This document shows positions 1 through 19,870 of a stretch of DNA of 64,000 nt, piece after piece. The first letter of the stretch is position 1; the number at the start of each line of letters is the position of its first letter. Source of the stretch: the human T2T-CHM13v2.0 reference genome, Homo sapiens; assembly GCF_009914755.1 (NCBI RefSeq), contig NC_060942.1, one strand, 5' to 3'. The notes beneath the pieces are model-generated. The model was not told the origin of the DNA and did no database searches. It saw only the letters and a program-made list of their open reading frames with translations. Both the position numbers and the translations under genes were made by a program.

Positions 1-176
<176 letters not shown>

Positions 177-279
177 CTATTGTATCTTTATTTCCCTGTG
201 TATTAATTACATCTCCAAATCAGGGTGATTATCAACGGGAAATCATGAAGGAGGTTCATATTCAAGAAGTGCATGAAAA

Positions 280-304
280 GTGTGTGTGTGTGTGTGTGTG
301 TGTG
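280..304. repeat. (TG)n microsatellite
   Basis: Read directly from the sequence. Confidence 0.9.
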
Positions 305-909
305 CATATATTGGGGGAAGGGTAGATAGGTATCTTCAGATTCTGAAATTTGATCGGTGACTCATAAAAGGCTGAGCAATCCTGCGTTTGCTCCCCTTCC
401 CTTCTGGGGCACAGCAGGACAAGACTTCTAGGAAGCCCAGTGCTCCTGCTCCCATGCCTGGGCTGGAGCAGCATCCAGTGCTCCTCATTGTGCGGAAGGA
501 GAAAACGCAACAAAGAAGAGGCTGAAAGCTGTTGGCTTAAGCCTTTATTAAAATACTACAACCTGACAACAGCTGCCAGGACCAAGGAGCCTGAAGATTT
601 TATGGGCTAGATTGAAGGTAGTCCGAGTTCAGTTTTGTTCTGAGAATTGTTTACTGTTTATGTTCTTATAAAGTTTGGGGAAACTGAGGTTGTTTTAGTC
701 CAGAGACCATAGGTGGGAACAACAAGACAAGGGCAGTGGATGAGCGGCCATTGGTTGGCCAATTTGGATTTAGCAAGAGGGGCGGGGAAAAGTAGTTAGG
801 GCGTAGGTCTTGCTCAGGTCAATTGAAAATTTCAGTTCTCAACATCCCTCACACTAGCATGATATAAATGAGTTTAACTTTTTTCTTAAAAGCCTATTTT
901 GCAAAATAA

Positions 910-1380
910 ATTATTCTATCAAAAAGACATATGCGCTCGAATGTTCATTGCATGACCGTTCATAAGAGCAAAGACATGGAATGGACCTAGATGCCCATCA
1001 ATGGTAGACTGGACAAAGGAGACATGGTAATATACACCGTGGAATACCATGCAGCCATGAAAAGAACAAAATCATGTCGTTTGCGGTAACATGGATGCAG
1101 CTGGAGGCCATTATCCTAAGTGAAACACAGGAACAGAAAACCAAATACTTCATGTTCTTACTGAGAAGTGGGAGCTAAACAAAGATGGTAACAATAAACA
1201 CTGGGGTTACTAGAGGTGGGAGGAGAGAGAGAGAGTGTGGGCTGAAAAACTAACCAGTGGGTACAAGGCTCAGGTGATGGGATTATTCATACTCCAAACC
1301 TCAGCATCACACAATTTACCTGTGCAACAAACCTGTGCATGTATCCTCTAAATCTAAAGATTGAAATTATTTTAAAAATA
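910..1380 (+). mobile_element. L1 3' end fragment (L1PB/L1MA-like)
   Basis: ORF2 C-terminus and 3'UTR motifs (gcaaagacatggaa, atggatgcagctggaggccattatcctaag, gtgggagctaaac). Confidence 0.8.
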
Positions 1381-1686
1381 CCTACAAACCAAAAATAAAA
1401 AGACAAATAATCCAATTAAAAACTGAAGAGCTCAGTTTTAACTTTAGATATAGAAAACCAAAAGAGAATATCACTCTAATATCAAGAGAAAAAAAAGATA
1501 ACATAGACAATTATACATTTTGTTTGAGTCTATCAGAAAACCGAAGTCACAAGTCAAACAAGTGAACTGACTCACACAGAATGGTAAGAAGTCTCTTTCT
1601 TTTGGCAGAGCACAGGAAAGGAAGAGGTGGCTTCCATATGAGTGGTAAGAAGCAAACACATTAAACAAACAACAACAAAAATCACA

Positions 1687-1967
1687 GGCCCAGTGCGATG
1701 GCTCACGCCTGTAATCCCAGCATTTTGGGAGGCTGAGATGGGCAGATCCCTTGAGCCCATTAGCGACCAGCCTGAGAAACATGGTGAAACCCTGTCTGTG
1801 CAAAAGAATACAAAAATTAGCCAGGCATGGTGGGGTGTGTTTGTGGTCCCAACTACTAGGGAGGCTCAGGTGGGAGGTCGAGGCTACAGTGAACCGAGAT
1901 TGTGCCACTGCACTCCAGCTTGGGTGACACAGTGAGACCTGGTCTCAACAACAACAACAACAACAAA
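1687..1967 (+). mobile_element. AluJ-like element with (CAA)n tail
   Basis: Diverged dimeric Alu. Confidence 0.9.
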
Positions 1968-1974
1968 CCCCACA

Positions 1975-5325
<3,351 letters not shown>

Positions 5326-5399
5326 CCTCTGCACTTTTTTTCATTGTCTTGTGTGTTGTTATCTTTCAAGATAAAAAATTATAATGAAAAGTCAAACAA

Positions 5400-6990
5400 A
5401 AAGGTAACTACATAAAATTAAAATATTAATAAAATGACCAATGACTAATAATTGATGATCATAACAGTGTGGGGCTTATTACATGTGCAAGTGAATATAT
5501 GACAGAAACAGCCCAAAGCCTGGGAAGGAACCCACACTCTGTATGAAGTGGTAAAGTATTTGAAGAGATATTGTGAAAGCTAAGATGCATACTACAAACC
5601 TTAGGATAAACACAGGAAAGAATTTAAAAGGTATAATTAATGGCAATATTTACAAAAAATGAAATAAAGATACTTATTTGAAACGAAGCAGAAAGGGAAG
5701 GGGAAAAGAACAGATGGAACAAATAGAAAATAACTAGCAACATAGTAGATTCTAATTCAAACATATTAATATTTACTTGTTACGTAAATATTTAAATGTG
5801 AATAATCTAAATAATCCAATGTCAAATTAGAGAAGCAAGCCTCAAATATATGATTAAATATCAAGACATAGATAAGTTAAAACTAAAATGATAAAAAAGA
5901 AACTCTATGAAACACTAATCAGTAATTGGAGTGGCTATATTAATGTTAAAAAGTAGACATCAAAACAAGGAATATTACCAAGGATAGAGAGGAACATTAC
6001 ACAATGATGAAAGGGTCAAGTCATCAGGAAGACACAAAGGATAGAGAGGAACATTACACAATGATGAAAGGGTCAAGTCATCAGGAAGACACAGTAATTC
6101 TAAGTGTGTACACACCTAACAACAGACTTTCAAAATCCAGAAGCAAAATCTGACAGAACTGGACGGATAAATAGAAAAATGCAAAATTAATTGTTGGTGG
6201 GTATGTAAATTAGGACGGGCACTATGGAAAGCAATATGGAGGTTCCTCAAAAAACTAAAAATAGTGCTACCATATGATCCAGCAATCCCACTGCTGGGTA
6301 TAGATCCAAAAGAAGGGAGATCAGTATATCCAAGAGATATCTGCAGTCTAATGTTTACTGCAGGACTATTCACAATAGCCAAGATATGGAATCAACCTAA
6401 GCGTCCATCCATCAGTAGGTGAATGGATGAATAAAATGTGGTACATATGCACAATGGAATATTATCCAGCCATGAAAAAGAATGAAATCCTGTAATTTGC
6501 AGCAACATGGATAGAACTGGCACAGAAAGACAAACATTGCATGTTCTCACTCATTTGTGGCAGCTTAAAAAAATTGAACTCATGGAGATAGAGAGTAGGA
6601 TGATGGTTATCAGAGGCTGAGAAGGGTACTGGAGGGCATAAAGTAGAGATGGTTAATAGGTACAAAAATACAGTTAGAAAGAACAAGATCTAGTATTCAG
6701 TAGCACAGTAGGGAAACTATAGTTAATAATTTCTTGTATATTTAAAAATAACTAAAAGAGTGGAAATGGAATGCTCCTAACACAAAGAAATGATCAATGC
6801 TTGAGGTGATGGATGTCCTAATTACCCTGATTTGATCATTACACAATGATCAAAACATGACATGCACCCTATAGATATATACAACTATTATGTACCCATA
6901 ATCATTAAAAATAAGAAAAACTTTAAGAAAGAAAACAAACATGCAGAATTATACTTGGAGACATCAACATTCCTCTTGAGTAATTGATAG
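5400..6990 (+). mobile_element. Old L1M ORF2 endonuclease region, interrupted by an L1MA 3' fragment (~6191-6935)
   Basis: Degenerate TSD atgca(a/g)aatta at ~6179-6189 and 6941-6951; the host resumes with an ILGD(I/F)N-like motif (atacttggagacatcaac). Confidence 0.7.
5980..6093 (+). repeat. Perfect 57 bp tandem duplication
   Basis: 5980-6036 is identical to 6037-6093. Confidence 0.95.
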
Positions 6991-7908
6991 GATTAAAGCT
7001 GAGGACTTCTGTAAAATCTCACTTTGGTGGAAAAAAAAAAAATCTGCATTTCCCTCGGGAAATGAAGCCAGTAATTGAATTGGGTGGAACACTCATTCAG
7101 TGGTACTTCTGAAAGTCATCTAATCTCTGTAGTGTTTACAGTTTTCAGTAGAGGTGAAACCAGTAAGACGCCCTTGGCTACAACTCCTGAGCATTGCGGA
7201 TCAGGCTTCTTTTTGCCATTATAGTGTTGATTTTTCTCAGTATTATTGTTGTAGTATTAGCTAACTTCAAAGCAAAATCAAGAAAAATATGGCCTTCACT
7301 ATCATGCTAGTATAATGAAAAATTTGACACAAAGAGCTTTTAAAAAATCGAATCCGATTCAAAGAATACAATAATAGATTGTTAAAGACGAAAGAGATAT
7401 GAGAGAATCTGATTATATGATTATATGTGGTTGCCTTTGTCACATTTCATATTTTAAAAAGGTATAAGGACGAAGAAAAAATTAAAATAAACATTCCTGA
7501 GGTTTTCTCTGGATAGGCAGAAAATACATTTTCTGTTTTCCCTTCTACCTACAGAGATCCCAGTCCTAGCAGCTGAGCCCTCCCAAGGAGCTCTACCTGG
7601 ACAGGTTAAAGTAAAACTGTTTTTAAAGCTTCTGCTGGTTCCTGTTTTTATTTTTTATTATTATACTTTAAGTTCTGGGGCACATGTGCAGAACCTGCAG
7701 TTTTGTTACATAGTTATACTTGTGCCATGGTGGTTTGTGGCACCCATCAACCCATCACCTACATTAGGTGTTTCTCCTAATGTTATCCCTCCCCTAGCCC
7801 CCCACCCCCCAACAGGCCCTGATGTGTGATGTTCCCCTCCCTATGTCCATGTGTTCTCATCGTTCAGCTCCCACTTATGAGTGAGAATATGTGGTGTTTG
7901 GTTTTCTG

Positions 7909-11675
<3,767 letters not shown>

Positions 11676-11738
11676 TTCGATGCTAACTCATTGTTTTGTC
11701 CATTAGTTGATGCAATTTCTTCATAGTGTCAATGTTCT

Positions 11739-12748
11739 TTACAATTCAGTATGTTTTTGCAGTGGCTGGTAATGGTTGTTCCTTTCCATGTTTAGTGCTT
11801 CCTTCAGGAGCTCTTGTAAGGCTGGCCTGGTGGTAACAAAATCTCTCAGCATTTGCTTGTCTGTACAGAATTTTATTTCTCCTTCACTTATGAAGCTTAG
11901 TCTGGCTGGATATGAAATTCTGGGTTGAAAATTCTTTTTTTTAAGAATGTTGAATATTGGCCCCCACTCTCTTCTGGATTGTAGTGTTTCTGCAGAGAGA
12001 TCCACTGTTAGTCTGATGGGTTTCCCTTTGTGGGTAACCCGACCTTTCTCTCAGGCTGCCCTTAACATTTTTTCCTTCATTTCAACCTTGGTGAATCTGA
12101 TGATTATATGTCTTCGCATTGCTCTTCTCAAGGAGTATCTTTGTGATGTTCTCTGTATTTCCTGAATTTGAATGTTGGCCTGTCTTACTAAGTTGGGGAT
12201 GTTCTCCTGGATAATATCTTGAAGAGTGTTTTCCAAGTTGATTCCATTCTCCCCTTCACTTTCAGGTACACCAATCAGATGTAAATTTGGTCTTTTCACA
12301 TAGTCCCATATTTCTTGGAGGTTTGTTTGTTCCTTTTTATTCTTTTTTCTCTAATCTTGTCTTCTCTTTATTTCATTAAGTTAATCTTCAATCACTTGAT
12401 CAATTGATCAATTCCATTATTGATACTTGTGTATGCTTCACGAAGTTCTTGTGCTGTTTTTTTCAGCTCCATCAGGTCATTTATGTTCTTCTCTACGTGG
12501 TTTCTAGTTAGCAATTAGTCTAACCTTTTTTCAAGGTTCTTAGCTTCCTTGCATTGGGTTAGAATATGCTCTTTTAGCTTGGAGGAGTTTGTTATTACCC
12601 ACCTTCTGAAGTCTAGTTCTGTCAATTCGTCAAACTCATTCTCCGTCCAGTTTTGTTCCCTTGCTGGCGAGGAGTTGTGATCCTTTGTAGGAGAAGAGGC
12701 GTTCTGGTTTTTGGAAATTTTAGTCTTTTTGCGTTGGTTTCTCCCCAT
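11739..12748 (-). pseudogene. L1 ORF1 remnant (disrupted)
   Basis: MGRNQRKK..., KRPNLHLIGVPE, REWGPIFNILK..FQPRISYPA spread over several frames. Confidence 0.9.
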
Positions 12749-15700
12749 CTTTGTGGATTTATCTACCTTTGGTCTTTGATGTTGGTGACCTTCAGATGGG
12801 ATCTTTGAGCGGATGTGCTATTCCTTTCTGCTCGTTAGTTTTCCTTCTGATAGGCCCCTGTCTGCTGGTCTTCTGGAGTTTGCTGGAGGTCCACTCCCGA
12901 CTCTGTTTGCCTGGGTATCACCAGCAGAGGCTGCAGAACAGCAAAGACTGCTGCCTGATCTTTCCTCTGGAAGCTTTGTCCCAGAGGGTCACCTGCCAGA
13001 TGCCAGCCAGAGCTCTCCTGTATGAGGTGTCTGTCGGCCCCTACTGGGAGGTGTCTCCAAGTCAGGATACACGGGGGTGAGGGACCCACTTGAGGAGGCA
13101 GTCTCACCCTTAGCAGAGCTCGAATGCTGTGTTGGGAAATCTGCTGCTCTCTTCAGAGCTGTCAGGCAGGGACTCTTATGTCTCCTGAAGCTGCACCCAC
13201 AGCCACCCCTTTCCCCAGGTGCTCTTTCCCAGGGAGATGGTGGTTTTATCTATAAGTTCCTGACTGGGGCTGCTGCCTTTTTTTCAGAGATGCCCTGCCC
13301 ATAGAAGAGAAATCTGGCAGTCTGTCCACAGCAGCCTTGCTGAGCTGCAGTGAGCTCCACCCAGTTCAAACCTCCCAGTGGCTTTGTTTACACTGTGAGC
13401 GTAAAATCGCCTACTCAAGCCTCAGCAATGGCAGAGACCCCTCCCTCCAACAAGCTCAAACATCCGGGGTCAATCTCAGACTGCTGCTGTGCTGGCAGTG
13501 AGAATTTCAAGCCCGTGGATCTTAGTTTGCTGGGCTCTGTGGGGGTGGGACCCACTGAGCTACCACTTGGCTCCCTGGCTTCAGCACCCCTTTCCAGGGG
13601 AGTGAATGGTTCTGTCTCGCTGGCGTTCCAGGCGCCACTGGCGTATGGAAAAAAAGAACTGCAGCTAGTTCAGTGTCTTTCCAAATGGCCACCCAGTTTT
13701 GTGCTTGCAACCCAGGGCCTTGATGGGGTAGGCACCAGAGGGAATCTCCTGGTTTGCAGGTTGTGAAGACCGTGGGACAAGCACAGTATCTGAGCCAGAG
13801 TTCCTCAGGCTCAGTGCCTCAAGGCTTCCCTTGAGTAGGGGAGAAAATTCTCTGACCCCTTGTGAGGTGATGCCCGTCTGTTGGCTCGCCGTTGGTGTGC
13901 TGCACCCATTGTCCAACTTGTCCCAGTGAGCTGAACCAGGTACCTCAGTTGGAAATGCAGAAATCACCCACCCACCTTCTGCATCAATCTCACTGGGAGC
14001 TGCAGACCAGCGCTGTTTGGCCATCTTGCCAGCAATCCTCAAATACTCTCTGCTGGTTCTTTGTGTGGGAAATAGTTTTTCCATACAGGATAGAAAGCAA
14101 GTTTATTTAGAAGATCATTACATTGTCCATATTATTCTTTTTGTTTTTGATTTCGTTTAAAATAAAACAGAACTCGAGCTAGTCAAAAAAAGAGGTTGAG
14201 CAAAAGATTGCTGATATGATCTGCGCAATAAAATTCACAACTGTTTTGACGCTTCAAGTGGCAACCTGGGGCATGGGGTGGGTGGAGCGGTGTGGGGGTT
14301 AGACCAGGGCAAAGGCAGTTAAGGGAAAGCTTCAGACTTGGGAGGGTGAGAGTGGAATTTAGGAAATTGTAGCAAACTATATTCATAGAAGAAAGTGGAT
14401 CAATGAGAAATATCCTTTTATGACAAAGATAGACAAGGAAAATAGAGATCCCAAATACTCAATTTTAAATAGTTTCTTGTTCTATACTGTGGTGTCAAAC
14501 TTCTCATTTGGCCCAAGTAATCTGGAACAGACTTGCACTCACAGCTTTGGTGAATGGAGTAAGAGGCAGTGACCACAGGTACAAAAGCAAGTCCAGGAAG
14601 GGTACTGGGGAGGAAGGTGGAGCATCCAGGAAAGCCAGGGTTCAGGGCGGCAGTGGCCACAAGAATGGGAATTCTCCAAAAACCCTTAGAAAGTTTGTAA
14701 TGTGTTGGATTTCCCACAGGATGTGGGGTGGGAGATTAGTGCTGTCTTATTAAATACCGAAAGAAAGATGATGCCCCAAAGCTGGAGAAATTAAGACTGG
14801 AATTTATAAGAACATAAATCTTATTGGAAAATAATTTTCTAAAGAGTTCGTTGAAACTTAATGTAATATTGTAATGGCAAAACCAAAATGTTTATTTAGT
14901 TTCTTGGCTTTAAAAATATAAATACCATTTTTAAGCATAGACTCCTCCCAATTTTCCATTTCAAGTAACCTGTGTGAAAAGATACTGTGAAAGCAAAAGT
15001 TTACTTCTACTGAATTTTTATAATCAAAGTAACACTTACTTTCTCAACCCTGACCGCTAGAATCTGAACGGCTATTGCTCAGAATTTCCCAGTGGTTCTC
15101 AAACCAGTCACCAATCCCAACTTCTAACCTAGCCATATCCCTACTGATCATATTTACATCTTAGCAAGACTTAGGAAAGAATTAAATCTCTTGGAAACAT
15201 TTAACCATAGTTGCTAACTTTTTAAAAAGGCTAAATTCCTCATGGTAAAATAAAAGTAAGAATATATAAGGAAAGCATTCTCACTTAAGAATTTTCTGAA
15301 GAAATGTTCATGCTGTATGGTTTGAATGATGCATCTGAGATCAAGCTGGGAACACAGTCACCTATTTCCTAGGGAGGTCAACACTTCTAAGAGGGCCTGG
15401 GACTCTTATGTAGATTTGCCAACTTTATACAAATACAGCATTTTTTTCCCAAGATCTCTCATGAGAATGATGGTGCTCATCTGCAAAAACACACTGAAGA
15501 TTTTACTGTGTGGGCACTGGGTGCCAAGAACACACACTTTCTCTACAGATGGCACAGTTGTTCCTAAATGCAGGCAACCTCATCGTGCCTGACCTTCTGC
15601 TTCTTGGCGTTACCACTAAAGCCTTGTCAGTCTATGTGCCCTCTTTTCTGCCTTTCCATTCTTCTTTCTGACTTCAAGCTTTCATGCTGTTCACACGCCT

Positions 15701-15972
15701 GCCTCCAGGCTACTGAGCCCCGCGGAGATGATCAAGTATGGAGGGCCATCAGGATGAATCTCCATCCCAGCACTTTTGGCAGTCATGGCAGTATTTGGTT
15801 CTTGGAGAAGGCTGGGGACTTGCTCTTGCTCAACTTTGGTATACATTTTATTTATTTTCATCACCAGAGTCACTTTCAACCAGCAAAGAAACAGGACTTA
15901 AAGGCTCAGAGATTTGGTAATTTCCCTTAAGTGGAGCTCCAGCCACTCATCATCAACAAATCTGAATAATTT

Positions 15973-16274
15973 CTTTTTTTTTTTTTTTTTTTTTGAGATG
16001 GAGTCTCGCTCTGTCGCCCAGGCTGGAGTGCAGAGGCACTATCTCGGCTCACTACAAGCTCCGCCCCCCGGGTCACGCCATTCTCCTGCTTCAGCCTCCC
16101 GCGTAGCTGGGACTACAGGCGCCCGCCACCTCGCCTGGCTAATTTTTTGTATTTTTAGTAGAGACGGGGTTTCACCGTGCCAGCCAGGATGGTCTCGATC
16201 TCCTGACCGCGTGATCCGCCCGCCTCGGCCTCCCAAAGTGCTGGGATTACAGGCGTGAGCCACCGTGCCTGGCC
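15973..16274 (-). mobile_element. AluY
   Basis: AluY diagnostics (gagatcgagaccatcctggct, gaatggcgtga); TSD aacaaatctgaataattt at 15955-15972 and 16275-16292. Confidence 0.93.
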
Positions 16275-16309
16275 AACAAATCTGAATAATTTTAAAAAAT
16301 GCCTTTTGA

Positions 16310-16627
<318 letters not shown>

Positions 16628-17039
16628 CTAACAAGTATCTAGTGACTCAAGAGCAGAAATAAACTAATCTTGAAAATTGACCATAAATATAGGAATATTT
16701 TCTGAAGTTGCCTTATAGAAAAGTTGTAAGTTGCAGAATTTATAATCATAACTGTGTTCAACTTAGACATGTTTGTGTACATATTCAGGGAAACACTAGC
16801 TGACTGGTGGATTCATATTTTATATTTTTAAGGGTACTCAAAATCATATACCATTAAATAATTGTGCATAGAGAAATTAGCAAAATTCTCTTTAATTTGG
16901 AGAAAGAAATTAAAACTTTGCACCTAATGTTTTTACTGAAGAATGGTTCCTCCCTTTGCATCTTGGCTTGTATCTATTCCAACCTGTAGAATATGGCAGA
17001 AGCAATGCTGTGTCCCTTCTGAGGCTAAGTTCTCAGACT

Positions 17040-17510
17040 GTCTTTTCACTCTATATAGTCCCCTTGCATGATCTCATCAAGTCTTTGATTTAATTTCTAC
17101 CTATATCTGAAGACATCAAACTACTTATCTCCAACCCAAGCTTTTCCACTGGATTCATTCTTGAATATACGGGTGTGGAATGGGCATTCTCCCTGAAGTC
17201 CCACAAATATAGTCGGCTTCAATGAATCCATAGACTTCCCAGGCTTGCTCTTCCTCCTCTGTTCCTCTGTCTGTGAAACAATCCCTGCCCCACCATCTTT
17301 CTAATTATCCAGGACTCTTCTCTCTTCCTCACCACTCCCCCCAACCCCCACATAACCCACCAGGCACCAATTGCTACTGACTCTGCCCTTTCTTTTGAAT
17401 ATGTCCACTTCTCTGTGCGCCACCACCACCATCTGGTCCAAGACATCACTAACTCTCAACCAGAACACACCAAGAGCCCTCTACTTGGCATCCCCTGCTT
17501 CACTTGAGTT
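17040..17510 (+). mobile_element. L2 fragment
   Basis: Pyrimidine-rich L2-like motifs (tgatctcatc, atctccaacccaag, caccaccatctggtccaagacatca). Confidence 0.6.
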
Positions 17511-17767
17511 TCTTCCTCCCTGAATTAGCGAGAGACATCCTCAGGAAAAGCCAGGCCTCAGGATAGAGGCAAGGAAGTTATCTGCCTTTAAGTTACACAT
17601 TATGGAATCTTTGGTGGTTTACGTAACAGACTTGCTTATTTAGAAATTAAGAATTTTTCGTTAATAATCTCTAAGGTCCCTAATATCCCTGTGATTCTAT
17701 AAACCTAAGTGTTTTAGTTGAAAACCTAGAGTGTCATGGTCACTGAAGGTCAAAAGGACCAAATTTA

Positions 17768-17992
<225 letters not shown>

Positions 17993-18739
17993 TCAGTCAT
18001 GAAAAACTGAGGACATTGTCTCACTTTCGTATGTTAAGTCTGATAGTTCCTCATGCATGTTTTAAGAAACATTCAGAAATAGGCTGAAGAATCAGACATC
18101 CAATGAGAGTGAGGAGGGGGCCAGTGAAGAGCCCTTCAAACTTCGTATTCAGAGATCCCATGACTATGATTCATTTCAGCTTAATTTAGAAAATGCGTTC
18201 TTCTTACAAAGAGAAGCAATTATATCTTCTATATTGTATTCTGGCATTTCCACCTTCTCCACTACCTGTTTTTTTGTTTACTTTTTGCTGCAACAGATGG
18301 ACCAGAAATAACATGACTGTTTAGGTAAGAGAGGAAGGAGCAGTCCTTTGAGATTATGTTAACAGTGGGATTTAATTACTGAATGTCAAGCAGCATGATC
18401 AGTAGAGACAGAAATTAATTTCCTGTCAGTTTATTTTCACTACCAGTCTTAAGTGTGGCTGTGAACTAAATCAATTTTATGCACCCAGCAAAAAACTTCA
18501 TTTTAAAAATGTACTTTCAAGTAAGTTTGTGCTGGATTACCTCTTGTAGCAGCGAAATAGTAAATTATAATTTTCGAAGCTATGAGAATCTTGGTAGAGC
18601 AAATAGATTATTGGTTCATGTAAATAATGGGGTGTTTAGGTCAAAATGCAAAGGTGATTGTAAACCAAGACCGTAAGTACAAAGCAATGCAATATTTTCT
18701 CGGGCAACATTTTTATTCTATTTGATAATTACTACCTCC

Positions 18740-19870
18740 CGCTGGGGAGTGACAGGTGCCATAGCAGAGACGCAGACAGCGATGAAGGACTGAGCTGGCC
18801 ACGTTCCTCCTGCCTGCTTTCCTAACAGGAAAGGAGACTCTTCATTTCCATCAAACCACAGTGAATCAATGGGCCCTCTCAGAGGCCCGGGCAACCGCAC
18901 AAGCAGGAATGCAGCACGGAGCGGAGTCCAGGATGCTCAGCGTGGGCCTCGGAGTCTGTGTGCGATCAGCTGGAGTCCAGGATGCTCAGCGTGGACCTCG
19001 GAGACCGTGTGGGCTCTGCGCTCTGCAGCTGAGACACAGTCACCCGCCCGATGGGCGGAGAAAGGGGCAGCTTTGAAAACAAGCGCAAGGAGATGCATCC
19101 AAAAGACAACCGAACCCATCAGGGTAAGGAGCGCAGCGGTGGAGTGTGAGGGGGAACCAGAAGGGCGGCCAGGGCCGGCGGCATGCCATGCCAGGCAGCC
19201 CCGCGCCACCCCGGAACACTGGGACACTCTCATATTCCCAAAGGGACTTCTCCATGCGGCGCTCTGACCAGGCATCGCCGCAGGACGCATAACAGAGAGA
19301 GCGAGCGCAGGGCACCCGGCCCATCAGCTCTTCCTTCACCTGAACTGCCCCGGCCTCGCTGAGACGCGGATTTTAAAACCGCCCTGCACCTATGTGCTGG
19401 CAGCCAGGCCCTGGGAACTTCCTCCAAACACTCCCATGAGTTCGGGATGACTAGCATCAGTTTTCAGCTGGAGAGCAGACGGCAACTGAACGCTGCGAAG
19501 TCCCACGATGGGGATGAGAGGACCAGAGCCCCGAGGCCAGTCGCCCCCCTCCCGCCCATCCGCCCGCCCGCCCGCCACGCAGGGCTGCTCTAGCGCCTGC
19601 CTCTTCCTCTTCCATAGAAACAGGGTTGGGGAGAGAAATGTTATGTTGCTGGCCCAGGATTGGCATTGAGCGTTGTTCAAGGAAGAAGCCAAAACCTGTA
19701 AGACCATGGAGCTCCACACAGGACTGAGGCGGCGGCGATTTTGTTCAATGACACGGAGCTCGCTGGAATCCACGCCCCTGAGTTTGATCGTGGTCACTGC
19801 TCAACCAAGCACCCCTGTCACCCGCCGCCTTTTTCTTCTTTGCGGTGCAGTCTCCCGAGGGCGGAGAGTT
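18740..19870. promoter_or_regulatory. CpG island with GC-box cluster, not attached to an obvious gene
   Basis: High GC and dense CpG; (CCCG)n/CCGCCC run at ~19544-19576; no recognisable repeat family. Confidence 0.75.
18923..19011 (+). repeat. Two-copy ~49 bp tandem repeat in the CpG island
   Basis: ggagtccaggatgctcagcgtgg(g/a)cctcggag at 18923 and 18972. Confidence 0.9.
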
